Assembly: GCF_006345805.1 (NCBI RefSeq) | Contig: NW_021835022.1 | Coordinates: 1-44,698 of the forward strand | Source: Octopus sinensis | Lineage: Eukaryota | Direction: 5' to 3' | DNA: 44,698 nucleotides | Part shown: positions 33,312-44,510 of the stretch, piece after piece | Layout: the number at the start of each line of letters is the position of its first letter | Numbering within the stretch: the stretch's first letter is position 1 | Program-made: the position numbers and the translations under genes | Notes under the pieces: generated by a model | The model's database searches: none | Told to the model about the DNA's origin: nothing | The model's input: the letters and a program-made list of their open reading frames with translations, nothing else

Positions 33312-35160
33312 TATTTGTCAAATTGTTTAGATTCCTCATGACACATTTTATACCAATCAGATCGATCTAAGCAGTGACTTTCCCAAGATGTCAAATTAAG
33401 CTATGCGGAATTTAGTGATTGTTTTAACTTATCCATACACCGAAGAATGGCTCTTCCTTTACCGCGGTATCCCTCTATTTGTAGGCCATAAAAAAGAACT
33501 TTCGGAATGCGATCATCTTGCAATCGGACAGCATCTATCCATCTTCACTGAAGCTTCAACAGCATCCTTTCGATACTGGACATATCGCACTTTTCTAAAA
33601 TTTTAGCATTTGATATCTTATCTTGCCATATTATGATGTTGCAGAGGTTGTGTAAATTGCACATGTGAAAGGTTTCAAATTTCTTTATATGTCTCTAGTT
33701 AGGAGTCTATGAATCTGCTCAGCACAAAAGCGTACTCAAATTGAAAGATTTGCATCCACTTATTTTAGTTTTCAGACTGACACCATTTTCATCTCGGAAA
33801 CGATGGGTATGTTTCCCAAAAGATGATTTGATGCTGTCACGGAGATTACACCACAAGACTTCAGGATCATTGCTTTCCTCTATATTCTCAAGCTTTTAAT
33901 TTAGATGTATTTCAAATTTTTTTGTCATCTCAGGATTTTTTTTTTTGTTTAAAGAAGACACATTTATTCCTTGGGGTATGGTGGATCTCAATGGCTTTGT
34001 ATATATATTTCTTTACTACCCACAAGGGGCTAAACATAGAAGGGACAAACAAGGACAGACAAACGGATTAAGTCGATTATATCGACCCCAGTGCGAAACT
34101 GGTAGTTTATTTATCGACCCCGAAAGGATGAAAGGCAAAGTCGACCTCGGCGGAATTTGAACTCAGAACGTAACGACAGACGAAATACCGCGAAACATTT
34201 CACTCGGCGCGCTAACGTTTCTGCCACCTCGCCGCCCTGGCTTTGTATATAGTTTAACAAATACCTAACTGCGAACCGTTCTATGATCCGAGTAACACTC
34301 AGGAATTTTGTGAGCTCTGGTTAATCCGACATCACTGCAATCTTTGCTTTCAGTTATGACTTAATCAAGCATGTTCCAGGTACCAGATCGAGGATGCTTC
34401 CAGGTGTTTTTTTTTATAATTATCTGCCTGCTGAAATATTGTGTTAGTAATTGTTAAACCAAATTGCTGATCAAAAAAACAACAATCGTAAACCTCTTGC
34501 ATTCATCTTTCACGTTCCATGTTTTCCTATTACTTTTGACCCCACCGTGTGTTTATTACCGATTCTGGCATTAAGATGATGCATTAATATGACCCTGTCA
34601 CGATATGGAATGTTACTGATACCAGTTTGCAATTAAGAGTAGAAATGTTATGTTCTTGTTCAGATGCTGATAAAGTAGGTGCATATGCACTGATAATGTG
34701 CAAAACTGAGGAATTACTTATAGGTATACGAAAGGTCATCAGATGCTCATCAACAGCTTGGTGGATGGATGGTAACTGCCGAATTAAAGTCAATTTAATG
34801 GCAAATCCAACACCCATGAGTTCTTGTCGCGCTTGCCGGCTTTCTGCTTCGAAGATTGTACGACCATTCCCAACTTGTAATTCACCTGTATCCACAAGCC
34901 TGGTTTTACTTAGAGCAGGAATATCTGAGCTCATTATTTTTGCAATTAGTGCAGTTTTTGTTCTAGACAGTCTTTGTTGTCTTGTAAAATTCTTGCATAC
35001 CAACAAAGATTAACATGTTTTTTTCTTTTTTCTTTTTTTCTTTATCTTTATCTCGACTGCAATAAACTAAGATGGCTAGACATCTGCAGTTACTGCCAAA
35101 CTCATGGAAGACAACGCTTTTGTGTTTTAGGGTTCCTTTTCTCCCCCGCCCTAATATCTA
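33312..35160 (-). mobile_element. RTE (BovB-like) LINE with APE endonuclease, linker and C-terminus but no RT domain
   Basis: APE motifs TALIA..ALSKTRL..GVGFAI..IISAYAPT..LNARIG..TWKHPRSGTWNMLD..SDHRTVRS; linker ..WCNLRDSIKSS; then GVSLKTKI..LSTLL..QDKISNAKIL..DDRIPKVLFYG..WESHCLDRSDW. Confidence 0.88.
34006..34237 (-). mobile_element. SINE-B1 full copy inserted in the RTE
   Basis: 14-bp TSD tggctttgtatata at 33992-34005 and 34238-34251; removing it restores the RTE frame. Confidence 0.95.
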
Positions 35161-35191
35161 AAGAGCAGTGTTACACTTAGACAGAACTACT

Positions 35192-35421
35192 TATTTCTTT
35201 ATTGCCCACAAGGGGCTAAACATAGTGGAGACAAACAAGGACAGACAAAGGGATTAAGTCGATTACATCGACCCCAGTGCATAACTGGTACTTAATTTAT
35301 CGACCCCGAAAGGATGAAAGGCAAAGTCGACCTCGGCGGAATCTGAACTCAGAACGTAACGGCAGGCGAAATACGGCTACGCATTTCGCCAGGCGTGCTA
35401 ACGTTTCTGCCAGTTCGCCTC
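35192..35421 (-). mobile_element. SINE-B1 full copy
   Basis: 12-bp TSD gacagaactact at 35180-91 and 35422-33. Confidence 0.95.
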
Positions 35422-35644
35422 GACAGAACTACTCGCTATACAAAGGAGGACACAAGTCTTATAGGTGCCTTCGGATTCTACAAAGAGACGGCCGCCACCC
35501 TCTGTGCCGTTTATGTGTGAGACTTTGGCTAGAACTTTCTAGCAACACCCTATGTCAGTCCCCGTCACCATAGGGCTTTCAACCCACCTTCAAACTACCT
35601 CCACAATGAAACGGACTGTGTGGTGGTGGTTTGTTTCCCAACCA

Positions 35645-35782
35645 CATTTTATCAACCCTAGAGGAGTGAAAGACAAACTTGACCTCTGTGAAATTTGGAC
35701 TCAGAACGTGAAGAACCGTAAGAAATGCTACCAAGTATCTTTTACGAAGTTCTCACAGACTCTGCTTGTACATCGCCTTAAC
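35645..35782 (-). mobile_element. Diverged SINE-B fragment
   Basis: ttttatcaaccctagaggagtgaaagacaaacttgacctc..atttggactcagaacg..catcgcctt. Confidence 0.6.
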
Positions 35783-35809
35783 AACAATATGTATGTGTAT
35801 GTGTATGTG

Positions 35810-35903
<94 letters not shown>

Positions 35904-35936
35904 TATACACACACACACATACGTATATATGTATAT

Positions 35937-36343
35937 GCGCAGGAGTGGCTGTGTGGTAAGTAGCTTACTCACCAACCACATGGTTCCGGGTTCAGTCCCA
36001 CTGCGTGGCATCTTGGGCAAGTGTCTTCTACTATAGCCTCGGGCCGACCAAAGCCTTGTGATTGGATTTGGTAGACGGAAACTGAAGGAAGCCCGTCGTA
36101 TATATGTATGTATATGTGTGTATGTATATGTGTGTGTATGTTTGTGTGTCTGTGTTTGTCCGACCAACACCGCTTGACAACCGATGGTGGTGTGTTTACG
36201 TCCCCGTAACTTAGCGGTTCGGTAAAAGTGACCGATAGAATAAGTACTAGGCTTGCAAAGAATAAGTCCTGGGGTCGATTTAATCGACTAAAGGCGGTGC
36301 TCCAGCATGGCCGCAGTCAAATGACTGAAACAAGTAAAAGAGA
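35937..36343 (+). mobile_element. SINE-A full length
   Basis: gcgcaggagtggctgtgtggtaag...aaatgactgaaacaagtaaaagag. Confidence 0.93.
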
Positions 36344-36500
36344 GAGTTTATGTATGTATATACAACGACCTCGAATACACAAGTGCAAACAAGGGAGTCA
36401 GAGAAAGGCAGAATGCCACCTATATCTGAACACTACTATGGAAGTATTCCTTTAAAAAAACCTTTCTTCTAATTTTTCTAAATTTAATTATTTAATCGTT

Positions 36501-36540
36501 ACAGTTGAAAAGGTCTCAAAATGACCGAAACCGGTACTGA
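36501..36540 (+). ncRNA. Degenerate minimal hammerhead motif
   Basis: cag-TTGAAAA-GGTC-tcaaaat-GACC-GAA-ACCGGT-A-ctg: all three stems can form, but the core has two substitutions from CUGANGA. Confidence 0.45.
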
Positions 36541-36588
36541 AAGATTCACTATAAAATCATCTTAGCATTTTCTATTTTTGACTTGTTT

Positions 36589-36683
<95 letters not shown>

Positions 36684-37009
36684 TGTATGCACACATAAGT
36701 ATGCATAACACATAAAAACACACACACACTGAAATGTTGGTGTATCCTCTTAAAATTCAAATGGAAAATATCAATTGTCAGAAGCAAGTGAAATGAAAAA
36801 ATAAAACGTTGAACCTGATTTGATGTCTTGCGATAAATAAGTAAATAAATAAATAGATAAATAAATAAATGAAAATTTATAAAATTGAAGGCGCCATTTT
36901 GTTGATGGTTTTCAAGAATTAAAAAAATGAATTTAAATTAGTTTTACAAAACGCAAACTTTTCAAATCTGGTAAAGATTAGAATAGAGATGTCGGGGGTG
37001 GGGGAGTGA

Positions 37010-37400
37010 GAGGAAGGGAGGAAGAAAGAAAAGAAAGAAGGTATGAAGGAAGAAGGACTGAAAGGAAGAAATTCATATAGAAAGGAAAAGGGAGGGGAGG
37101 GAGGAAAAAGAAAAAAGGAAGCAAAATCGAAAGGAAGGAACGAACGAAGACTGAAAGAAATTTTTAAAGAAAGGAAAGGAAGAAAGAAAACTGAAAGAAA
37201 GAAAGTAAAGAAAAGGAAGGAACGAACAAACGGAGTCTGAAAGAAATTTTTAAAGAAAGGAAAGGAAGAAAGAAAAAAGGAAAGAAAACTGAAAGAAAGA
37301 AAGAGAGAAAGAAAGAAAATAGGAAGGAAAACTGAAAGAAAGAAATATATGAAGGAAAACTGAAAGAAAGAAAGAAGTATATGAAGAATGAAAGGAAGAT
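37010..37400. repeat. About 390-bp purine-rich tract with internal about 80-bp duplication
   Basis: ctgaaagaaatttttaaagaaaggaaaggaagaaagaaaa occurs twice; gaaaactgaaagaaag recurs. Confidence 0.85.
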
Positions 37401-37569
37401 TTGCTATCATTGATAGGGTTAGGTTCTGGGTGGGAGACGGGGTGCCAAGGGTGAGGAGGAGCTTGTCATGATTGGAATCACAACTAGAGATCTGAAATGT
37501 CGGTGGGTGGACGGAGACTTCGTTTGCGCTAACAACTTGTATCACTGATCTATGCTTAATTCATGCACT

Positions 37570-37643
37570 GAATGGCGAGGAGATGATGAGATGATGATGA
37601 TGATGATGATGACGATGATGATAATAATAATAATAGCAATGAC

Positions 37644-37679
<36 letters not shown>

Positions 37680-37792
37680 ATGATAATAATAATGATTATG
37701 ATGACGATGATGTTAATAATAATAACGATGATGATGATGATGATAATAATAATTATAATAATAACGATGATCATGATGATGATAATAATAAC

Positions 37793-37827
<35 letters not shown>

Positions 37828-37977
37828 TGATGATGATGATGATGACGACGATGATGTTAATAATAATAACGATAATGACGATGATAATAATAATGACGAT
37901 GTGATGATAATAATTATAATAATAACGATGATCATGATGATAATAAAGATGATCATGATGATGATAATAATAATAAC

Positions 37978-38010
<33 letters not shown>
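37570..38010. repeat. Mixed (GAT)/(AAT)/(GAC) tract with higher-order units
   Basis: gatgatgttaataataataacgat and aattataataataacgatgatcatgatgat each occur twice. Confidence 0.9.
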
Positions 38011-38011
<1 letters not shown>

Positions 38012-38144
38012 GTTTCAACTGGTACTTATTTTACGACCTCGAAAGGATGACCTCAGCGGAATTTGTACTCGGAACATGAAGACTGATGAAATGTCGCTAA
38101 GCATTTTCTCCGGCGTCGTAGTGATACTGCCAGTTCGCCGCCTT
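38011..38144 (-). mobile_element. Internally deleted SINE-B
   Basis: ggtttcaa|ctggtacttatttt..gaaaggatgacctcagcggaatttg..ctgccagttcgccgcctt. Confidence 0.7.
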
Positions 38145-38159
38145 AATAATAATAATAAT

Positions 38160-38163
38160 ATAA

Positions 38164-38194
<31 letters not shown>

Positions 38195-38299
38195 AAGAAG
38201 AAGGAGGAGGAGGAGTAGAAGAAGAAGAAGAAGAAGGAGGAGGAGGAGTAGAAGAAGAAGAAGAAGAAGAAGAAGGAGTAGAAGAAGAAGAAGAAGAAG

Positions 38300-38331
<32 letters not shown>

Positions 38332-38345
38332 GAAGAAGAAGACGA
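38160..38345. repeat. (GAA)n/(GGA)n tract
   Basis: Direct reading; source of the poly-Arg pseudo-ORF. Confidence 0.95.
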
Positions 38346-38477
38346 CGATGACTGAATGGTGACTAGGAGGAGAAGGTGGAGGGGTATTTCTTTTATTTAC
38401 GATCAAGGCAACGGATGAGAGGACACAATACAATGATGGGGGATAAGTGTTGCGATTTGCATGTTTATATTGTACCC

Positions 38478-38664
38478 TGGCACTCCGCCGATTACGACGA
38501 GGCGTGTTCCACTTGGTCCGATCAACGGAATAGCCCGCTTCGTGAAATTAACTGAGCAAGTGGCTGGGTACTCCACAGAGACACGTGTACCTTTAACATA
38601 GTTCTCGGGGAGATTCAGTATGACACAGAGTGTGACAAAGGCTCGCCCTTTCAATTACAGGTAC
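38478..38664 (-). mobile_element. Family G retroposon-like segment
   Basis: Complex non-coding segment ctggcactccgccgattacgacg...; its end motif ctggtactccgtctgttac recurs near 22541. Class is inferred. Confidence 0.45.
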
Positions 38665-38665
38665 T

Positions 38666-39048
38666 CTCTCTTCTACTTGTTTCAGTCATTTGACTGCGGC
38701 CATGCTGCAGCACCGCCTTTAATCGAGCAACTCGACCCCGGGACTTATTCTTTTGTAAGCCCAGTACTTATTCTATCGGTCTCTTTTGCCGAACCGCTAA
38801 GTAACGGGGACATAAACACACCAGCATCGGTTGTCAAGCAATGCTAGGGGGACAAGCACAGACACACACACACTCATATATATATACGACGGGTTTCTTT
38901 CAGTTTCCGTCTACCAAATCCACTCACAGGGCTTTGGTCGGCCCGAGGCTATAGTAGAAGACATTTGCCCAAGGTGCCACACAGTGGGACTGAACCCGGA
39001 ACCATGTGGCTGGTAAACAAGCTACTTACCACACAGCCACTCCTGCGT
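38666..39048 (-). mobile_element. SINE-A full length
   Basis: Colinear with the reverse complement of 35937-36343. Confidence 0.93.
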
Positions 39049-39065
39049 GGACTTATATATATATA

Positions 39066-39282
39066 TAAGGCGGTGCCGAAGAGTTCCTGGCTTTGGGTAA
39101 AAAAAACACAGGAGGATCAGTTAATTATGATTTTATTCAACATATTCCCCTCTCAGATTCACTAACTTATAGCAGCGGTCCTTCAGTTTTTCTAAACCCA
39201 AATAAAAGAACTCGGAAAGTTGGGCCTTCAACAAGGCCTTTCGTAATACCCTTAAGGCCAAGAACTTTTCAGTACTCCCTCG
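39066..39282 (-). mobile_element. Mariner internal-deletion derivative (MITE), 217 bp
   Basis: TA flanks (39064-65, 39283-84); TIRs taaggcggtgccgaagagttcctggc / cgagggagtactgaaaagttcttggc; retains a transposase C-terminus GLEKLKDRCYKLVNLRGEYVE* on the minus strand. Confidence 0.85.
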
Positions 39283-39380
39283 TATCTGTGTACCAAATTT
39301 TACTAATAGGTCTTATCCCAACCGACAATACACTACGGTAACACTGCCAGACCAAAGATTTCTGGGAATTATCCATGCGT

Positions 39381-39499
39381 CATGTAGCGCTGAGGTTTAA
39401 GACAGACACTTGAGCCAAGATGCCACGCCGTCGGATCGAACTCGAAAGCACGTAGTAGCAACACGGCCCTCTTAACCACTCAGCCATCCACACCTGCAC
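39381..39499 (-). mobile_element. SINE-A-related tRNA head with well-preserved Pol III boxes
   Basis: Minus strand TGGCTGAGTGG ... GAGTTCGATCC ... gcgtggcatcttggctcaagtgtct. Confidence 0.7.
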
Positions 39500-40095
39500 C
39501 CTTAAACTAAAGAACAAAAAAAAGAAGGGCTGATTTATAAAGTGAGAACGTGTCAAAAGACTTAATGAAATGAAACAAGGCGTTTTGTTCAACATGCCAC
39601 CCGCTTCTGCCAATCATACATACACACACGCGCGCGCTCGTGCGCATACACACACACACATACACACACATACACACATTCACGTGTGTACCCTCGCACA
39701 CACACACACACAACATGAAAATAGCTTGTTGATAAATTGGATCTGAAAAAATGTTGTAACGAGGTTAATATTGCAGAATAATTATCGTTATAAATCTGAC
39801 ATCACATTTCCAAAGTTACACCCGCCTCCGCTTTTGTTTATTTCTGTGGTTTTTGGTAAGTTTCTGTGAGGGGCGGGGAGCGGGGGAGGGGCTGGGGGCT
39901 GGAGGTAAAGCAGTTGGGAAGTGTGGATTGAAAAGAAGGTTGCATTTTTGTTTCAAGTTTTTATTTTTTTTTCAGTTTAATGATGAGAAAAGGTTTACAA
40001 AGATCTTGATGAAAAAGAGAAGAAAAATAGAACGAAGAAGCAAGACAAGATATATTGCATCAGCATATTAAAAAGCATGTTTGAGGTAATGGCGG

Positions 40096-40290
40096 GCAGT
40101 GGTGGTGATGGTGAGGGCTAAAGTGGTTGTGAGAGTTAAGGTGGTGGTGGCGGTGAGGGCTAAGGTGGTGGTGGTGGTGCTGGTGCTGAGGATTAAGGTG
40201 GTGATGAGTGCTAAGGTGGTGGTGGTGGTGGTGGTGGTGAGGGCTAAGGTGGTTGTGGGGGCCAAGATAGTGTTGGTAGTGGTAGTGGAG
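40096..40290. repeat. (GTG)n minisatellite punctuated by gagggctaag-like anchors
   Basis: About 7 variants of gag(g/a/t)g(c/t)taa(g/a). Confidence 0.8.
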
Positions 40291-40569
40291 ATGGTGGTGG
40301 TGATTGTGGAGATTGTGGTGGTAGTAGTGGTGGTGGAGGTATGAGTGTGGGAGAGTTTCATCTCTTTAAATCATTACAGCATCATAGCGTTTCTAACTTT
40401 CTCTCTCCCCCTCTCCTCTCTCTCTCTTCCCCCTCTCTCCTCTCTGTTTAGAGAGGATATTTGTGTGGATATGTACGTGAGTGTGAATATGTATATGTGT
40501 ATGCGGAAGGGTACGTCACAGGCTGGAACACATACTTACACATATATTTATTAGGAATCAGATGACATT

Positions 40570-41053
40570 TCACTGTTTAATAATCAGAGTTTCACGCATG
40601 GGCGATCCTTTATGACAGAACACATGAATTGACAGAGCACCAGTGACTTTCATTCGTGAAAGTTATTTAAGTGATTGAATGTGTAACAGAGCATGACTGG
40701 TAACAATATTGCTAACTGGATTACTGTAGTGTAAGGGAAAGTACTCGGGTTAGAGGTGCAATCGTCCTGCGGCTATTATTTGGCGCATTTGCCGCACCAG
40801 ATAAATGTGGGTTTTCATACGTAGGGTGTCTGTTTCAGAGAAATTGTCTTCAATGGTGATAATTAGATAGGATTTCTGTTCGCTGGTTGAGTGATATCGT
40901 TAATCATTTTAATATCTGGAACTTTTCAGTTAAAAGTAGTCGACACTTTCGAGCTCCGTTGAAATACAGAATGGCTTTATTGATGATATTCCATGCTATT
41001 GGGGTATCTTACGATTCATGGTCCTTCCATTATCAGATTAATTAAAAGTTCTT

Positions 41054-41085
<32 letters not shown>

Positions 41086-41089
41086 CCCA

Positions 41090-41147
<58 letters not shown>

Positions 41148-41745
41148 GTCCATCCATCTATCTGTTTATCTATCTATCTCATACACTCTCTCTCAATCTG
41201 AGTAAATGTAGATATTGATAATGTCGATTTTTAAAAAATTTTTTAGCCGTAAGTCTGTATGATTTCATTTAATATTGCTCGAGCTTGAGAGAAGCAAGAT
41301 TTTACAAGATACATGTTTTCGGTTCTTGTGTAAGGTATAAAAAGGAAGGTTATCTAGACAGAAATAGTTGATCTTTACGTTATTGATACTAAAATGTTTG
41401 CAGTATTTTTGTACAGGTGGGAAATGTTGTCTTACTAGAGACAGAATGGCCTAGCTATAGTAGTGGCTACATTTATACTGAACAGTGGATTAAACCATAT
41501 AACCTTCCTCTCCTTTGTCTGGCTATAGTATGAAGGTGGAGTATTCCTTGCATGCTAGCTTTTCTCTAAAAGCTCTTTTTGCTGGTACTTCGCCTTATCG
41601 AAGATGTTTCTGTCTGTGAATAGCTCAGAGATTCTGCTAATTATTACTGGTACAAGAGTTCTAATTAAGGCTACGGGTGATTTGGAATGATCGTGTATGT
41701 ATATAGTTTCTTTGTCTTGCTTTCCGTAGAGTGGTGTTTGCTGCT
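40570..41745 (-). mobile_element. Penelope-like element 3' portion (RT C-terminus, GIY-YIG C-terminus, pLTR remnant)
   Basis: YGKQDKETIYIHDHSKSPVALIRTL...ISRIS...IFDKAK; RKVIWFNPLFSINVATTI...HFPP...NNVKINYFCLDNL; IAWNIINKAILYFNGARKCRLLLTEKFQIL...LNQRTEILS. Split by a (TC)/(TCTA) tract. Confidence 0.85.
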
Positions 41746-41756
41746 TAAAAATAAAT

Positions 41757-41838
41757 GCTGGTGTCGATTCATTCGACAAACTCTACAAGATGGTGCTCCA
41801 GCACAGCTGTAGGCCAATGACTGACGCGAATAAGAGAG
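41757..41838 (+). mobile_element. SINE-A 3' end, diverged
   Basis: ctggtgtcgattcattcgac...ggtgctccagcacagctgtaggccaatgactgac. Confidence 0.6.
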
Positions 41839-41957
41839 TAGAAAGTAGAAAATGTAATCAAATGAGCATATAGAGAGAGAGAGCAGGAACGTCTCATCAG
41901 TTTAAGCGTCTCAAAAATAGTAATTTTGGGAATTCATTTCGCACATATATTATTATT

Positions 41958-42202
41958 TTATTCTTTTGCCTGTTTCAGTCATTTGACTGCGGCCATGCTG
42001 GAGCACCACGTTAAAGGGTTTTTAGTCGAAGAAATCGACTGACTCCATTCTCTCTGTTTCCGTCAAGCAAATCCACTCACGAGGCTTTGGTCGACCCGAG
42101 GCTATAGTAGAAGACACTTGCCCAAGGTGGCACGCAGTAGGACTGCACCTGGAGCCATGTGGTTGGAAAACAAGCTTCTTACCGCACAGCCACTCTGGTG
42201 CG
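41958..42202 (-). mobile_element. SINE-A with internal deletion
   Basis: Tail joined directly to ..tttccgtcaagcaaatccactcac; the microsatellite and start of the 3' half are missing. Confidence 0.85.
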
Positions 42203-42235
42203 TGTCAAATTTTAATAAATAAAGACACCCATTGT

Positions 42236-42383
42236 AGAAGCATGTGGATCGGTGGTTCGGATTTCGGACTCTTGATTGTAAGATTGTGGTTTCGAATCTT
42301 GGACCGAGTGATGCGTTGTGTCCTTGAGCAAAACACTTCATTTCACATCGTTCTGGTCCACCCAGCTGGTAAACATTAGTAAT
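42236..42383 (+). mobile_element. SINE-C 5' part
   Basis: gattgtaagattgtggtttcgaatcttggaccgagtgatgcgttgtgtccttgagcaaaacacttcatttcac matches 25490. Confidence 0.8.
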
Positions 42384-42647
42384 ATGGTGAAGTCACTCCT
42401 GGCCTGGGAAGCTGGTGATCGATGATGGACCTACCAACAAAACAAACAGGCGGGAACTTCTTCACTGAAGGGCCATAGGCCTAAGCTGGTGTCGGGTATT
42501 ACCTTTTGATATCATCCATTCTACCTTCTTCAACGTCTTGCTTCTCTTTACCAAACGATCGCCATTATCCTCCTCATCATCATCTACACACCATTTTCAA
42601 TCATCTTCATCTTCAAGTCTTTCAACTTCATCTTCAAGTACATCATT

Positions 42648-42691
<44 letters not shown>

Positions 42692-42719
42692 TATCATCAT
42701 CATCATCATCATCATCATT

Positions 42720-42754
<35 letters not shown>

Positions 42755-43609
42755 TGTATTCTATTTCTTTTTGAGCTCCATCATTAGCACTATCATCATC
42801 GTCATCATCATCATCATCGTCATTATTTTGTTTTTATTCTTTTATATTACTTTTGCAATTTTTAGTAGATTATTCATTTTTTTTTGCTTTTTGCATTCAT
42901 TCTTCTACGCCAACACATTACCACCACCACCACCACCAATCACCACCACCACCACCACCACCACTATAAAAAGGTCAGTTTAAACAGCAGTGGAGAAATA
43001 CATCACCAAAGCTCAAAGAATGTGGTTATTGATTACAGACAGGTGTTTCTGATGGTGATGGTGGTGGTGGTGTGGTGATTGTGATGGTGGTTATGATGGT
43101 GATGATGATTGTGATGATGATGGTGGTGGTGGTGGTGGTGGTGATGGTGGTACGGAACAGTGAAAATATGCAAGATTTCTCTAAAGTTCAACACACTACA
43201 ACTACTTCGCCGTTGTTGTTTCTACAAATTCCAGCGAGGGTGTTTGGTTTCTTTGTTAAAAACCAGTTCCTTTCATTCTAAGAAAGAAAAGAAGAAAAAC
43301 ATACACGATTGCCCTTATTCATTTATTTATTTATTTATATTTTTCTTCTAACAAGGATAATAACGACGGAGTGTCTAAAACTCGATGCAGAACAAAAATC
43401 TCCAGCGGCGTCATTCGAAAATCATAAGGCTTTTTGGCTTTCTTGGTGGTGTTTATATCTTTGTGTGTATGTAAGTATATACACCTATATATAATGTATA
43501 TATATATATATATATAATATATATATATTATATATATATAATATACATATATATAATATACATATATAATGTGTGGTGTGTGTTGTGTGTGTGTATATAC
43601 ATACGTGGT

Positions 43610-43693
43610 TGCGCAATGGCCCAGTGGTTAGGGTAGCGTACTCGCGGTCATATAGGATCGCGATTTCGAATCCCAGACCGGACGTTGTGAGTG
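43610..43693 (+). mobile_element. SINE-C-type tRNA head, truncated
   Basis: A-box TGGCCCAGTGG, B-box-like GATTTCGAATCCC, then agaccggacgttgtg. Confidence 0.7.
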
Positions 43694-43827
43694 TAGTACC
43701 ATCTTGGTGGGGGGGGGGCTTCTCTAATGAGTGTTTTTTGTTAGTGTTCATAATTTTGTGTGGGTTTTCTTAGGGATTTGTGGGTGGAAATGGGCTGGTT
43801 TTTGGCGCATTAGAAAACGAGGGAATA

Positions 43828-44060
43828 GTTCTATCCTCATGGCTGAAGGTCAAAATTCTCAAACACAACCACCATTCTTGACTATATTAAGGTCTTGTTC
43901 TGCAGACCCTCCTTTATCCAGTTCTTAATGTCATCAGCTTATATTCGCCTTTGTCGCTCAAAAACCTGTTTTTCGTCAACTCATCCTTCCAGGATCCGAA
44001 TACAAGTCTTTTATGCTCTGATAACGTAGCTAAAATATCACAGTACTTCACTGTCTGGCC
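43828..44060 (-). mobile_element. Old RTE-clade LINE C-terminal remnant
   Basis: Minus frame RILEG*VDEKQVFERQRRI*ADDIKNW resembles the RTE ILEG.VEGKR.RGRQR..W.DDI..W pattern. Confidence 0.55.
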
Positions 44061-44259
44061 ACTGCATCTCATTTTGTGAGTAGAAATAGATATGAAGATG
44101 AATAAATTTACCTTGGTCAGTCAGGCCGCAGTGAAGGTTAGGATGTATGTAAAGATCCTGGTGGTTCTCAGAACCGTCTTAAGGTATGGACGCAGTGGGC
44201 AATTTTCCAGGGGTGTCTCACATACACACACGCACACGAACACACACATGCAAATAATA

Positions 44260-44301
<42 letters not shown>

Positions 44302-44307
44302 ATATAT

Positions 44308-44356
<49 letters not shown>

Positions 44357-44457
44357 GATAGATAATATATATATATATAGAGAGAGAGAGAGGGAGAGAG
44401 AGAGATACATATATATATATAAATATATATAAATATATATAAAACATATATAGAGAC

Positions 44458-44510
<53 letters not shown>

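Noticed and set aside
40096-40290. Telomere-like repeat
   Set aside because: Anchors are gagggctaag within (GTG)n, not tandem TTAGGG.
42455-42495. CTGAAG-GGCC-ATA-GGCC-TAAGC hammerhead-like motif
   Set aside because: Needs a deletion and two core substitutions; not supportable alone.
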